DNA of 64,000 nt from Actinomycetota bacterium (GTDB taxonomy: Bacteria > Actinomycetota > Coriobacteriia > Anaerosomatales > D1FN1-002). The stretch spans positions 3,629 to 67,628 of the forward strand of contig JBBIJK010000006.1 in assembly GCA_037445995.1 (NCBI GenBank), given 5' to 3'. The position numbers and the translations under genes were made by a program. Positions 43,475 to 52,912 of this stretch are shown one piece after another. Numbering within the stretch: position 1 is the first letter of the stretch; each line of letters begins with the position of its first letter. Under the pieces are notes generated by a model, which was not told where the DNA came from, searched no databases, and was given only the letters and a program-made list of their open reading frames with translations.

Positions 43475-44410
43475 CTAGCCCGCCGGCGCCTCCGGCTTCC
43501 CGTCCTTGAACAGCTCGGCGATGCCGCCGATGCTGCCCATGATCCCCGCCACCTCCATGGGCAGGAACACCTTGTTGGCCGCGCCGTCGGCGATCGCGGT
43601 CAGGGTCTCCAGATAGCGGACAGCGATGAGGTCGTTGGTGGGGTCGCCCTCGTGGATGGCCCCGAAGACGGACTTGATCGCCAGAGCCTCGCCCTCGGCC
43701 ACGGTCAGCTTTTGGAACTTCTCCGCCTCAGCGACCTCCTTGATGGCCGCGGCCTTGCCCTCCGCCTCCAGGATCGCGGATTGCTTGAACCCTTCGGCGC
43801 GTGTGATGGCCGCCTGCTTGTCGCCGTCGGCTTCCAGGATCTTGGCGCGACGGTCGCGCTCGGCCTTCATCTGGCGGTGCATCGCGTCGGTCACGTCGAC
43901 GGGGGGCTCGATGCGCTGAAGCTCGACGCGCACTATGCGCACGCCCCACTTGTCGGTGGCGTCGTCGAGGATCTGCCGCAGCGCGGCGTTGATCTTCTCG
44001 CGTGAGGTCAGCGACTCGTCGAGCTGCATCTCGCCGATGACGTTTCGCAGGTTGGTCTGCGCGAGCTTCGTGGCGGCCAGGTAGAAGTTCGCGACGTTGT
44101 ACATGAGCTTCACGGGGTCCGTGGCCTCGTAGTACACGACGGCGTCCACGGTCACGACGACGTTGTCCTTGGTGATGACCTCCTGCGGAGGCACGTCCAC
44201 GACGTTCTCCCGCATGTCGACGCGGGTCATCCGGTCGACCACCGGGATGATGATGTGGAGCCCCGAATCTACTGTCTTCTGGTACTTGCCCAGCCGCTCG
44301 GTCAGCCCCTTCTGGTACGGCCGCACGATCCGTATGCCAGCCACAGCCCAGAAGAACAGGACGAAAAGAAGCAGTACCCCTAGGAAGACCACCGTCGGGA
44401 ACATCGCCAC
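43475..44410 (-). CDS. SPFH/band 7 (stomatin-like) protein
   Basis: An N-terminal TM helix is followed by an SPFH domain ([18 protein letters not shown]...). The C-terminal coiled coil is Ala/Glu-rich. Confidence 0.9.
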   Translation of the reverse strand: MAMFPTVVFLGVLLLFVLFFWAVAGIRIVRPYQKGLTERLGKYQKTVDSGLHIIIPVVDRMTRVDMRENVVDVPPQEVITKDNVVVTVDAVVYYEATDPVKLMYNVANFYLAATKLAQTNLRNVIGEMQLDESLTSREKINAALRQILDDATDKWGVRIVRVELQRIEPPVDVTDAMHRQMKAERDRRAKILEADGDKQAAITRAEGFKQSAILEAEGKAAAIKEVAEAEKFQKLTVAEGEALAIKSVFGAIHEGDPTNDLIAVRYLETLTAIADGAANKVFLPMEVAGIMGSIGGIAELFKDGKPEAPAG

Positions 44411-44413
44411 CCC

Positions 44414-44884
44414 CTACTCGTCGCCGGGCGCCACGGTCTGGGCGCCCTCGTCTGCGGGGCGCACGACCAGGTGCGTCCCGTCTATCCTGACGACCACCAC
44501 CCGCGCGCCCTCCGGCACGGTTCCGAAGCCCGGCGCGTCGGCGCGCCACTCCTCGCGTTCGATGCGCACGCGACCGACGTTGGAGTCGGTATCGAGGCGC
44601 TCGATCACGACGCCGGTCTTCCCGATTAGGCGGTCGACCCCGACCTTCTCGGGGGGTTCGTGCGTGAAGCGCTCGGCGAGCTTCCGCATGGCCAGCAGTG
44701 TGGCCGCCGAGACGACGAGGAACGCCCCCCACTGCCACCCCACGCTGACTTCCAGGAGCGCCAGGACGGCCGCCACCGCTCCACCGACGCCGAACGGCAG
44801 CAGGAAGAATCCGGCGGTGAAGATCTCGGCGACCACCAAGACCGCAGCCAGCACGGCCCAGAACCAGAACCACACGTCGCTCAT
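44414..44884 (-). CDS. NfeD-family membrane protein
   Basis: 156 aa with two or three TM helices and a C-terminal OB-like domain (GRVRIEREEWRA). It lies 3 nt upstream of the SPFH gene, which is the classic nfeD-stomatin pairing. Confidence 0.85.
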   Translation of the reverse strand: MSDVWFWFWAVLAAVLVVAEIFTAGFFLLPFGVGGAVAAVLALLEVSVGWQWGAFLVVSAATLLAMRKLAERFTHEPPEKVGVDRLIGKTGVVIERLDTDSNVGRVRIEREEWRADAPGFGTVPEGARVVVVRIDGTHLVVRPADEGAQTVAPGDE

Positions 44885-44983
44885 GGCTTGCCCCCTGCCC
44901 GCGCTCCGGTCATCGGTGTCCAGCATACTACGGCTTGGGTCGTCGACCCTCTCCGCGCCCCGTCGCAGCGATATCATCTGCTT

Positions 44984-46582
44984 GTGGATACCGTCATCGT
45001 CACGTTCGAGCCCGATGGCGCGCTCGCCGGGGTCGCGCACGGAACGACCGTGCTCGAGGCGGCTCGCGCCGCCGGTGTGCGGGTCGCGGCGCCATGCGGC
45101 GGAGCCGGCTTGTGCGCCGGATGCGCCGTCCTCGTCCAAGGGCAGCTTACGCCTCCCACGCGAGACGAGCGCAGGCTGCTGAGCGCCGACCAGCTCGCGC
45201 GCGGGATGCGCCTGGCGTGCCGCGCGAGGGTGACCGGTCCTGTCGTGGTGCGGCCCTTGGGCGCGAGCGGGGCGGTCGAGACTCTCTCCGCGGCGCCTGT
45301 CACGGTGGCGGGGTACGTCGTCGACCCTCCTGGCGCGCGGGGGCTGGCGTGCACGGGGAGGGCACTCGGCGTCGCCATCGACCTCGGCACCACGACGATC
45401 GAGGCCTCCATCGTCGATCTGCGAAACGGGGACTCGGTGACCGCCGCGTCCGTGGCCAACCCGCAGGCGGCCTGGGGCGCTGACGTGATGTCTCGCGTGT
45501 CGCACGCGATGGCCGGAGGATCCGTTGCGCTGCGTGAAGCCGTAGCGGACGCTCTGAGCGCACTGCTCGCTTCGATGCTCGAAGAGGCGGGCGCACAGGC
45601 GCACGACATCTGCGAGGCCGCTCTGGCCGGAAACACAGTGATGACGCACCTTCTCCTCGGGCAGGATGTCTCGCCCCTGGCTTCGGCGCCCTACCAGGGG
45701 GCGCATCTCGAAGCCACGGTGCGGGACCTCGCGTCCGTGGGCATCCGCGGGGCAGGTGACGCGGACCTCTACGTCCTGCCTGCCGCATCGGCCTTTCTCG
45801 GCGGCGACGTGGTGGCGGGGCTTGTCGCGACGCGGTTCGAAGAGGGCGGGGGCGTCGCGCTCTTCATCGACCTCGGGACCAACGGCGAGATCGTGCTGCG
45901 GACACCGGAAGGCCTGCTGGCCACTTCGGCGGCGGCTGGCCCGGCGTTCGAGGGCGGAGCCGCCTCGTCAGGCATGCGGGCGGAGCCCGGCGCGATCTGG
46001 AGGGTTGGCTGGGACGGCGAGGAGCTGAGGCTCGACACGATCGGCGACGTGGCCCCGCGCGGGTTCTGCGGCAGCGGCCTTCTGGCGCTCGTGGCGTCGC
46101 TGCTGGACGCTGGCGTGATCGCTCCGGACGGCCGGATGTCGCCCCACGGGGCGCTGGGCGCCCGAGTCGAAGAGCGCGAGGGGCAGCTCGTCTTCCGGGT
46201 CTCGGAGGGAGTGGCGCTCACTCAGGGCGATGTCCGCGCTTTCCAGCTCGCGCTCGCCGCGGTCAGGGCAGGGGTGGAGAGGCTGTTGGCCGTGGGCGGC
46301 ATCGACGAGGATGCGGTAGGAGAGGTCGTGCTCGCGGGTGCGCTCGGGGCCGCCCTGGACGAGGCATCGCTTCAGCGCGTCGGGATGCTGCCGAGCGATT
46401 GGCGGCCAAGGGTGCGGGTGGTCGGGAACGCGGCGCACGCGGGCACGGCCGCGGCCCTGGTCAGCTCGGCCGCCAGAGCCAAAGCCGCCTCGGTCGCGAG
46501 AGTGGTGAGGACTCACGACCTTGCCATGGACCCCGGCTTCAGGGATGTGTTCATCGGTTCGATGACCTTCCCGGCGGGGTAA
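44984..46582 (+). CDS. 2Fe-2S ferredoxin / ASKHA (DUF4445, RACo-like) fusion protein
   Basis: GTG start. The plant-type ferredoxin Cys pattern is CGGAGLCAGC...LAC. The ASKHA phosphate-1 motif is AIDLGTTTI, and DLGTNGE follows. Confidence 0.8.
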   Translation: MDTVIVTFEPDGALAGVAHGTTVLEAARAAGVRVAAPCGGAGLCAGCAVLVQGQLTPPTRDERRLLSADQLARGMRLACRARVTGPVVVRPLGASGAVETLSAAPVTVAGYVVDPPGARGLACTGRALGVAIDLGTTTIEASIVDLRNGDSVTAASVANPQAAWGADVMSRVSHAMAGGSVALREAVADALSALLASMLEEAGAQAHDICEAALAGNTVMTHLLLGQDVSPLASAPYQGAHLEATVRDLASVGIRGAGDADLYVLPAASAFLGGDVVAGLVATRFEEGGGVALFIDLGTNGEIVLRTPEGLLATSAAAGPAFEGGAASSGMRAEPGAIWRVGWDGEELRLDTIGDVAPRGFCGSGLLALVASLLDAGVIAPDGRMSPHGALGARVEEREGQLVFRVSEGVALTQGDVRAFQLALAAVRAGVERLLAVGGIDEDAVGEVVLAGALGAALDEASLQRVGMLPSDWRPRVRVVGNAAHAGTAAALVSSAARAKAASVARVVRTHDLAMDPGFRDVFIGSMTFPAG

Positions 46583-46591
46583 GTAATGCCT

Positions 46592-46606
46592 TGGCACGAG
46601 GGTTGC
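46592..46606 (+). promoter_or_regulatory. sigma-54-type -24/-12 promoter match (TGGCACG-N4-TTGC)
   Basis: TGGCACGAGGGTTGC is an exact match to TGGCACG-N4-TTGC. It lies in the 83-bp gap upstream of the copper cluster, about 60 nt before the ATG at 46666. Confidence 0.3.
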
Positions 46607-46665
46607 ACCGCGTGACCAGGCGCCAGGTGACATCGGGGGTCGGATTGCTCGGGTACGCGACAAGG

Positions 46666-46989
46666 ATGCGGGATCATCTCACGCCATGGCTGGTCGTGGC
46701 GATTCTCGCCATCTCGGTGATGCCGCTGCTCCTCGCGGGAGCGTGCGACGTCGCTTGCGCCTTGGGTGCGATGCCAGCCGGCGCGTGCAGGCACGAGGGC
46801 GTGTCGCACTCGCATTCTCACAGCTCCGGCGAGCTGACAGCCATGCTCCCGCTCATCCAGCAGTTTGTCGCGGCCGTGACGGTCTTGACGCTCTTGATGG
46901 CTCTCACGGTGGCGTTCCCGCGGCCCTCTCGCGCGGTGGCTCTGGCCGCCCCGGTTGAGGCGCGCGCCGGGACCCGAATGCTCAACTGA
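46666..46989 (+). CDS. small Cys/His-rich membrane protein
   Basis: 107 aa with two hydrophobic helices flanking ACDVACALGAMPAGACRHEGVSHSHSHS. Confidence 0.45.
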   Translation: MRDHLTPWLVVAILAISVMPLLLAGACDVACALGAMPAGACRHEGVSHSHSHSSGELTAMLPLIQQFVAAVTVLTLLMALTVAFPRPSRAVALAAPVEARAGTRMLN

Positions 46990-47031
46990 CACCCCCTTCT
47001 CTTCTGGCCGCGGTCCGATAGCGGCGGCGGC

Positions 47032-47056
47032 AGCCCGGCCCTCGGGGGCCCGGGCT
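47032..47056 (+). other. GC-rich intra-cluster hairpin
   Basis: AGCCCGG...CCGGGCT outer stem with a CCC/GGG inner stem. No U-tract follows. Confidence 0.35.
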
Positions 47057-47105
47057 CAGACTCTGCGGACACCTGTCATTTCTACGTCCGCGCTGAAGAG
47101 AAGGG

Positions 47106-48416
47106 TTGGCTCTGACTGTGGAACTGTTCATCCCCGCGCTCATCGTGGGACTCGTGACGAGCGTTCATTGCGTCGCCATGTGCGGAGGGCTCGTCCTGAC
47201 CTACGCGGTCAAGGGCGACTCCAGCGGACCATGGTATCGGCGGATGCTCCCGCACGTCGCCTACCAAGGCGCGAAGATCACCAGCTACGTGACCGTCGGT
47301 CTACTGCTGGGCAGCATCGGGGCTCTGCTGGGCCTCGACGAGACGCTCGGCGGGTTTCGCGGCTACTTCACCGTGTTCGCATCGACGCTCATGATCCTGA
47401 TCGGTCTGCAGATGACCGGCTGGTTCCCCGTGCTCAACAGGCTGGCGTTTCGCCCGCCCAAGTGGCTTGCCGGCACGCTGTCGAACGCCCGCCGTAAGGC
47501 GCGCGAGGATGCATCCGCGGGCCGGGTCACCCTGACCACGCCGGTGACGTTCGGTTTGCTCACCGGCCTGATGCCCTGCGCGCCGCTGATGGCTCAGCAG
47601 GCCGCAGCCGCTGCGAGCGGCTCGCCGGTCTCCGGCGCCGTGATCATGCTCGGCTTCGGTCTCGGCACAGCGCCTCTCATGCTGGGCTTCGGGGCGGTGT
47701 CGGGCATGCTGTCGCAGCGCGTCAAGGCCGCCATGAACGTGGTGGCCGCGGTCGTGATCATCGGGTTCGGCCTCGTGCTGCTCAACCGCGGGCTCATGCT
47801 GGTCGGCTCTCCGGTCACAGCTCAGTCGATCGCGCAGAGCGTCATCGGCGCTCCGGAGGTTGTGGAGCCCTCCGCGTACACGACAGCGGCTGACGGGGTG
47901 GTCGAGATCCCGCTCGCGATCGAGAACGTCCGCTTCTCGCCGCAGGCCGTCAGCATCCCGGCCGACAGGCCCGTCCGCCTGGTCGTGGACCGCCGGGAGG
48001 ACAACGCGTGTTCCGACCAGCTGGCGGTCCCGCAGCTGGGCGTCCTGAAGGACCTGGCTCCGTTCGCCACCACGGTCGTGGAGCTGCCTCCTGCGAAGGC
48101 CGGTTCGTACACCCTGACATGCGGTATGGGGATGATGTCGGGCTCGCTTGTGGTCGGCGGGACCGCCGGCGCCAGCGGTCCGGGTCTCCCCGCCGCCGTG
48201 CTGGGCCTGGCGGCCGTGGCTGGAGCGGGATGGTGGATGACACGTGGGCGCAAGCGCGCTCGCATGGCCGCGGCCAGCCAGGGCCCGACCGTTTCCGTCG
48301 CAGCCGAGGTGCCCTCAGGCCTGTTCGGCTTGTCCCCCACCGAGATGATCCTTGCGATGGCGGCGTTCGCCGCGGCGGTGATCGCCGGGCTCGCTGCTGG
48401 CGGGATGTTCAACTGA
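47106..48416 (+). CDS. DsbD_2/TauE-like membrane protein fused to a cupredoxin-like domain
   Basis: The N-terminal TM domain has the HCVAMCGG motif and about 6 TM helices. The cupredoxin-like domain runs ...NACSDQLAV...SYTLTCGMGMMSGSLVV. Two further TM helices follow. The start is 47106 (TTG) or 47118 (GTG). Confidence 0.75.
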   Translation: MALTVELFIPALIVGLVTSVHCVAMCGGLVLTYAVKGDSSGPWYRRMLPHVAYQGAKITSYVTVGLLLGSIGALLGLDETLGGFRGYFTVFASTLMILIGLQMTGWFPVLNRLAFRPPKWLAGTLSNARRKAREDASAGRVTLTTPVTFGLLTGLMPCAPLMAQQAAAAASGSPVSGAVIMLGFGLGTAPLMLGFGAVSGMLSQRVKAAMNVVAAVVIIGFGLVLLNRGLMLVGSPVTAQSIAQSVIGAPEVVEPSAYTTAADGVVEIPLAIENVRFSPQAVSIPADRPVRLVVDRREDNACSDQLAVPQLGVLKDLAPFATTVVELPPAKAGSYTLTCGMGMMSGSLVVGGTAGASGPGLPAAVLGLAAVAGAGWWMTRGRKRARMAAASQGPTVSVAAEVPSGLFGLSPTEMILAMAAFAAAVIAGLAAGGMFN

Positions 48417-48443
48417 CACACCGATACGAGAGGAAACACTGAC

Positions 48444-48977
48444 ATGAGCAATCACACCATGGACGGCCAGAAGCGGGTGCGCTACCTGGCAGTGGTGGCG
48501 TTGGCCGGCGTGGCCTTCTTCGGAGCGTATGCGTACGCTCTGGCTGCCAGGGGCCCCGTCCCGTCGCAAGTCGGCGCGGACCCGTACGGGGCCATCTTCC
48601 CGGCCGCGGCGGGTCCTGCCGCGGGCGGAGGTGGATGCAGCAGCTGCGGCAGCTGTAGTGGTGGCAACCCCACCGGCGAGCCGATCGTAGGGACCGCCGT
48701 GGTAGAGGGTGGCGTCCAGAGGCTGACGGTCGACGTGACGAAGGGCTACTACGACCCCGACACGATCGTCCTTGTCGCCGGCGTCCCCGCCGAGATCACC
48801 TTCACCGAGTCATCCGGCTGCACCGCGCAGGTGATGAGCAAGAGCCTCGGGTTCTTCGAGGACCTCACCACCGGCCCCAAGACCGTCAAGCTTCCGGCGC
48901 TGGAGCCGGGCGAGTACGGGTACAGCTGCGGCATGGAGATGCTGTTTGGCAAGTTCGTCGTCGAGGCGGTGCAGTGA
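48444..48977 (+). CDS. membrane-anchored cupredoxin-like protein with CSSCGSC linker
   Basis: RBS GAGAGGAAA. An N-terminal TM helix is followed by a Gly/Cys-rich linker GGGGCSSCGSCSGG. The domain runs ...SSGCTAQVMS...YGYSCGMEMLFGKFVV. Confidence 0.7.
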   Translation: MSNHTMDGQKRVRYLAVVALAGVAFFGAYAYALAARGPVPSQVGADPYGAIFPAAAGPAAGGGGCSSCGSCSGGNPTGEPIVGTAVVEGGVQRLTVDVTKGYYDPDTIVLVAGVPAEITFTESSGCTAQVMSKSLGFFEDLTTGPKTVKLPALEPGEYGYSCGMEMLFGKFVVEAVQ

Positions 48978-48978
48978 G

Positions 48979-49566
48979 ATGAGCACCGCTGTCAGGGAGA
49001 TACTCCGTGTCAGCCTCGCAGGCGAGAGGTGCAGGTCGGCAGGCGAGCTCCTGATGCTCAACCTGGGGCGCATCGCTGGTGTGGATGCGGTCACCTTGGA
49101 CGACAAGGGGTCGTTGCTGGTGCTGTCCCTTCCGGGCGCCGAGGTCGCCGACCAGGTCGTGACCCGCGCGGTGGCGGCCGGGTTCGAGCCGACCGCCGTG
49201 AGGACGCTTCGCTACCCTGCCCCCGCGCATGGCCGACCGCTGACCTGCGCGGAAGCCGAGCGGCTCGGGGTGGTGGCTTCCGCCAAGGAGCCGGTCCGGG
49301 CGCGCACCGAGGCGGTGCAGCGGGTGTCGGTGGAGGTCACCGATGGATACGACCCGGACACCATCCTCGTCGAGGCAGGGATTCCGGTGGAGATCGGGTT
49401 CTCCGAAGGGCACGGCTGCCTGTCCGAGGTCGTCTTTGACGGCCTGGGTGTGAGGGCCGATCTCCGGCAAGGCGGGGCGGTCGTGAGGCTGCCCGCGCTG
49501 GACGCCGGTCACTACACGTTCAGATGCGGCATGGACATGGTCCATGGCGTCTTGATCGCTGAATAG
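48979..49566 (+). CDS. degenerate HMA-like domain fused to a cupredoxin-like domain
   Basis: The N-terminal ferredoxin-like fold has GERCRSA in place of GMTCxxC. The C-terminal domain runs ...GHGCLSEVVF...YTFRCGMDMVHGVLI. Its start lies 1 nt after the upstream stop. Confidence 0.65.
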   Translation: MSTAVREILRVSLAGERCRSAGELLMLNLGRIAGVDAVTLDDKGSLLVLSLPGAEVADQVVTRAVAAGFEPTAVRTLRYPAPAHGRPLTCAEAERLGVVASAKEPVRARTEAVQRVSVEVTDGYDPDTILVEAGIPVEIGFSEGHGCLSEVVFDGLGVRADLRQGGAVVRLPALDAGHYTFRCGMDMVHGVLIAE

Positions 49567-49575
49567 GAGAATGAC

Positions 49576-52335
49576 GTGAACACCACCACCAAGAAGGTGT
49601 ACCGCGTCGGGATCGAGGGGATGACGTGCCGATCCTGCGAGCAGTTGCTCACAGAGCACGTCCTCCAGGTGCCGGGGGTCGAGTCCGCGTCGGCGGACGC
49701 GCACACCGGCGAGCTCATCCTGTTCGCGGACAGTTCGACGCTTTCGCTGGACAGGCTCACCGCAGCCGTGGTCGCCGCCGGCTTCACTCCAGCCGGGGAG
49801 GGCATGCCCGAGGTCGAGAACCTCGGGGCGACAGCACGGATCGCCGAATCAGAGGCTGCCGCCCATCACGTGCACCGGATGGACGAGCCGGCGCTCGAGG
49901 CTGACGCTCCTGCCCTCATCGCCCCGGCGGTGCCACAAGGCGCCGCGTCCGCGGAGGCGTCGTTCGCTGTGACAGGGATGACGTGCGCAAGTTGTGTCGC
50001 GGTGATCGAGAAGACGCTGTCCAAGACGCCTGGCGTCACCTCGGCCAGGGTCAACCTCGCCACCGAGAAGCTCGCCGCCACGTTCGATCCTGCCGTCACG
50101 GACGCGGCCGCGATCGCGGCCTCCGTCAAGAAGGCCGGGTATGAGGCGCTTCCGCTCAGCGAGACCAGCGTGGCCCTCGCCGCTCCTGCTTCCGCGGTCC
50201 TCCAGCCGACCACGACTCCGGCGCCGGCCGCGCAGGCGGCCCCGGCCCCGAAGTCGGCCACGGACGTCCAGCGTGAGGCGCAGGAGCGGCACACCCGCCA
50301 TCAGACGCGGCTGTTCCTGCTCGCGCTCGTGCTGGCGGTGCCCGCGTTCCTGTTCTCGATGATCCCTCCGTTCATGGAGGTCATCCCGAAGACTGTCGCC
50401 AGCTGGCTCGCTGGCTCCGTCGGCGGCGCGTGGGACCCCTGGATGGTCAACAAGTACCTCGGCTTCATCCTCAGCACCCCGGTCCAGTTCGTCGCGGGCG
50501 CTCAGTTCTACCGCGGGTTCTGGCACGCGCTTAGGCGCCGCACCGGGAACATGGACACTCTGATCGCGATAGGCACGTCCGCCGCCTACATCTACAGCGT
50601 GGCGGCGACGTTCGTCCCGCAGCTCGCGGGTGAGCCGATCTTCTACGAGGTGGCGGCGTTGCTGATCACCTTCGTCATTCTGGGCAAGCTGCTCGAGGCC
50701 CACGCCAAGGGCAGGACGTCTGACGCGATCAAGAAGCTGATGGGGCTGGCCGCGAAGACCGCCCGAGTGGTCCGCGACGGCGTCGAGGTGGACGTGCCGG
50801 TCGAGACCGTGATGGTCGGCGACGTCGTGGTCGTGCGCCCGGGCGAGAAGGTCCCAGTGGACGGCCATGTGATCGACGGCCGATCCAGCGTCGACGAGTC
50901 CATGCTCACCGGCGAGTCGATCCCGGTGGAGAAGAACGTAGGCGACACCGTCATTGGTGCCACCATCAACAAGCTGGGGTCTTTCAGGTTCCGGGCCACC
51001 AAGGTCGGGGCGGACACCGCCCTGGCTCAGATCATCAAGCTGGTCGAGGACGCCCAAGGCTCCAAGGCGCCGGTCCAGAGGTTCGCTGATCGGATCAGTG
51101 CGGTGTTCGTGCCGGCTGTTCTGGCGGTTGCGGTCATGACGTTTCTTGTGTGGTTGTTCGCCGTACCGAACTTCGTGGACGCGGCCTTCTACGCGGACAT
51201 GACCCCGTTCGTGAAGGCGCTACTCGCCGCCACGGCGGTCGTGGTCATCGCGTGCCCGTGCGCGCTCGGGCTCGCCACGCCGACCGCGATAATGGTCGGT
51301 ACCGGGAAGGGCGCCGAGAACGGCATCCTGATCAAGGGCGGCGACTCGCTGGAGACGGCGTACAAGATCAAGGCGATCGTCTTCGACAAGACCGGGACGC
51401 TTACGTATGGCAAGCCCGTGGTCACGGAGTACGAGTCGGCCGACGGCTCTGATCCGGCGGGGTTCTTCAGGCTGGCCGCGTCGATCGAGCGCTCAAGTGA
51501 GCATCCGCTCGCCGAGGCGATCGTCGCGCGCGCAGGAGAGCTCGGGATGAGCCTTCCGCAGGTCAGCGGCTTTGCCGCGGTCCCCGGCCACGGCGTCGAG
51601 GGATCCGTCGAGTCGCGCAGGGTGGTGCTTGGCAACCGCAAGCTGATGGCCAGGGAGTCGATCGACGTCTCCGGACACGCGGCCCGGATAGAGACCCTTG
51701 AGAGAGAGGGCAAGACCGTGATGCTGGCGGCGGTCGACGGGCGCTTCGCGGGCCTGATCGCCGTGGCGGACACCCTTAAGGACAACTCGCGCGAGGCGGT
51801 GGAGCGGCTCACGAAGCTGGGCGTGCAGGTCTTCATGATCACCGGCGACAACCGCAGGACGGCAGAGGCCATCGCCGCTCAGGCCGGGATCGACCCCGAC
51901 CACGTGTTGGCTGAGGTCCTGCCCGAGCACAAGGCGGAAGAGGTCGGCAAGCTCCAGGCGCGCGGGTTCGTGACCGCGATGGTGGGCGACGGTATCAACG
52001 ACACACCGGCGCTCGCACAGGCGGACGTCGGGATCGCCATGGGTGCTGGCACCGACGTCGCCATGGAGACCGGCGGGATCGTTTTGATGAAGAACGACCT
52101 GCGCGACGTCGTGACGGCGATCGAACTCTCGAAGCGCACGATGCGCAAGATCCACCAGAACTTCTTCTGGGCGCTTGGCTACAACACGCTCGGGATACCC
52201 GTGGCGGCTCTGGGTCTCCTGCGTCCGGAGCTGGCCGGCGCGGCGATGGCGCTCTCTTCGGTCAGCGTTGTGACCAGCTCGCTGCTGCTCAGGAGATTCA
52301 AGCCCAGTCTCGCGAAGTCCACGCCACGGGCGTGA
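49576..52335 (+). CDS. copA: copper-translocating P1B-type ATPase
   Basis: 919 aa with two HMA domains ([16 protein letters not shown]). Other motifs are TGESIPV, the CPC motif [18 protein letters not shown] and [10 protein letters not shown]. Confidence 0.95.
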   Translation: MNTTTKKVYRVGIEGMTCRSCEQLLTEHVLQVPGVESASADAHTGELILFADSSTLSLDRLTAAVVAAGFTPAGEGMPEVENLGATARIAESEAAAHHVHRMDEPALEADAPALIAPAVPQGAASAEASFAVTGMTCASCVAVIEKTLSKTPGVTSARVNLATEKLAATFDPAVTDAAAIAASVKKAGYEALPLSETSVALAAPASAVLQPTTTPAPAAQAAPAPKSATDVQREAQERHTRHQTRLFLLALVLAVPAFLFSMIPPFMEVIPKTVASWLAGSVGGAWDPWMVNKYLGFILSTPVQFVAGAQFYRGFWHALRRRTGNMDTLIAIGTSAAYIYSVAATFVPQLAGEPIFYEVAALLITFVILGKLLEAHAKGRTSDAIKKLMGLAAKTARVVRDGVEVDVPVETVMVGDVVVVRPGEKVPVDGHVIDGRSSVDESMLTGESIPVEKNVGDTVIGATINKLGSFRFRATKVGADTALAQIIKLVEDAQGSKAPVQRFADRISAVFVPAVLAVAVMTFLVWLFAVPNFVDAAFYADMTPFVKALLAATAVVVIACPCALGLATPTAIMVGTGKGAENGILIKGGDSLETAYKIKAIVFDKTGTLTYGKPVVTEYESADGSDPAGFFRLAASIERSSEHPLAEAIVARAGELGMSLPQVSGFAAVPGHGVEGSVESRRVVLGNRKLMARESIDVSGHAARIETLEREGKTVMLAAVDGRFAGLIAVADTLKDNSREAVERLTKLGVQVFMITGDNRRTAEAIAAQAGIDPDHVLAEVLPEHKAEEVGKLQARGFVTAMVGDGINDTPALAQADVGIAMGAGTDVAMETGGIVLMKNDLRDVVTAIELSKRTMRKIHQNFFWALGYNTLGIPVAALGLLRPELAGAAMALSSVSVVTSSLLLRRFKPSLAKSTPRA

Positions 52336-52355
52336 CGCCGAACGGAGGGATAGTG

Positions 52356-52826
52356 ATGAGGAAGGTGTTGAACATCGCGGCCGCGGTCTTCGCGCTGGCT
52401 GCGCTTGCCGGTGTGACACTCTTCTCCTTCGCCAACGCAGGCGAAGAGGAGGACATGATGATCGGAGTGATAGTGGCTGAGCGTAACGCGGCGCTCGAGG
52501 TCGAGGACCAGACCGCTGAGACGGGCTACCTGACGGTCGCGCGCGTCCTCGCGCCGTCCGATTCCTGGATAGCGGTCCACATGGACGAGGATGGCATGCC
52601 CGGCCCTCGCGTGGGCTTGGCCAGGGTCGAGAAGGGCGTCTCCACCGACGTCCGCGTGGAGTTGGACGATGAGGCGGAGCTCCTTCCGACGCTCATCGTG
52701 GCTTTGCACGCCGACCGCGGGGTGGCGAACAAGATCGAGTTCGACCCCAAGAGGTTCGAGCAAAGCCCCGACAAGCCCTATTTCGTGGACGGCGAGGAGC
52801 TGGCGAAGGTGGTGGCTGTCCGCTAG
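52356..52826 (+). CDS. secreted beta-sandwich protein (DUF7282-like)
   Basis: ATG start 7 nt after GGAGGG and 21 nt after the copA stop. It has a signal/anchor helix. The domain ...GYLTVARVLAPSDSWIAVHMDEDG...LIVALHADRG... resembles, from memory, a domain of haloarchaeal secreted proteins. Confidence 0.5.
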   Translation: MRKVLNIAAAVFALAALAGVTLFSFANAGEEEDMMIGVIVAERNAALEVEDQTAETGYLTVARVLAPSDSWIAVHMDEDGMPGPRVGLARVEKGVSTDVRVELDDEAELLPTLIVALHADRGVANKIEFDPKRFEQSPDKPYFVDGEELAKVVAVR

Positions 52827-52862
52827 GCCGTGCGCCCGCGGGGCTCCCGCGAGTTTCCTGAT

Positions 52863-52893
52863 GGCCCCGGGGCGTTCGCCCCGGGGCCTTTTC
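52863..52893 (+). terminator. rho-independent terminator of the copper cluster
   Basis: GGCCCCGGGGC-GTTC-GCCCCGGGGCC followed by TTTT. Confidence 0.7.
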
Positions 52894-52912
52894 GTATGGT
52901 CCGAGACAACCA

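Noticed and set aside
49576-49900. Programmed -1 frameshift producing a CopZ-like chaperone from copA, as in E. coli
   Set aside because: No slippery heptamer (e.g. CCCAAAG) or downstream pseudoknot-like structure was seen after the first HMA domain.
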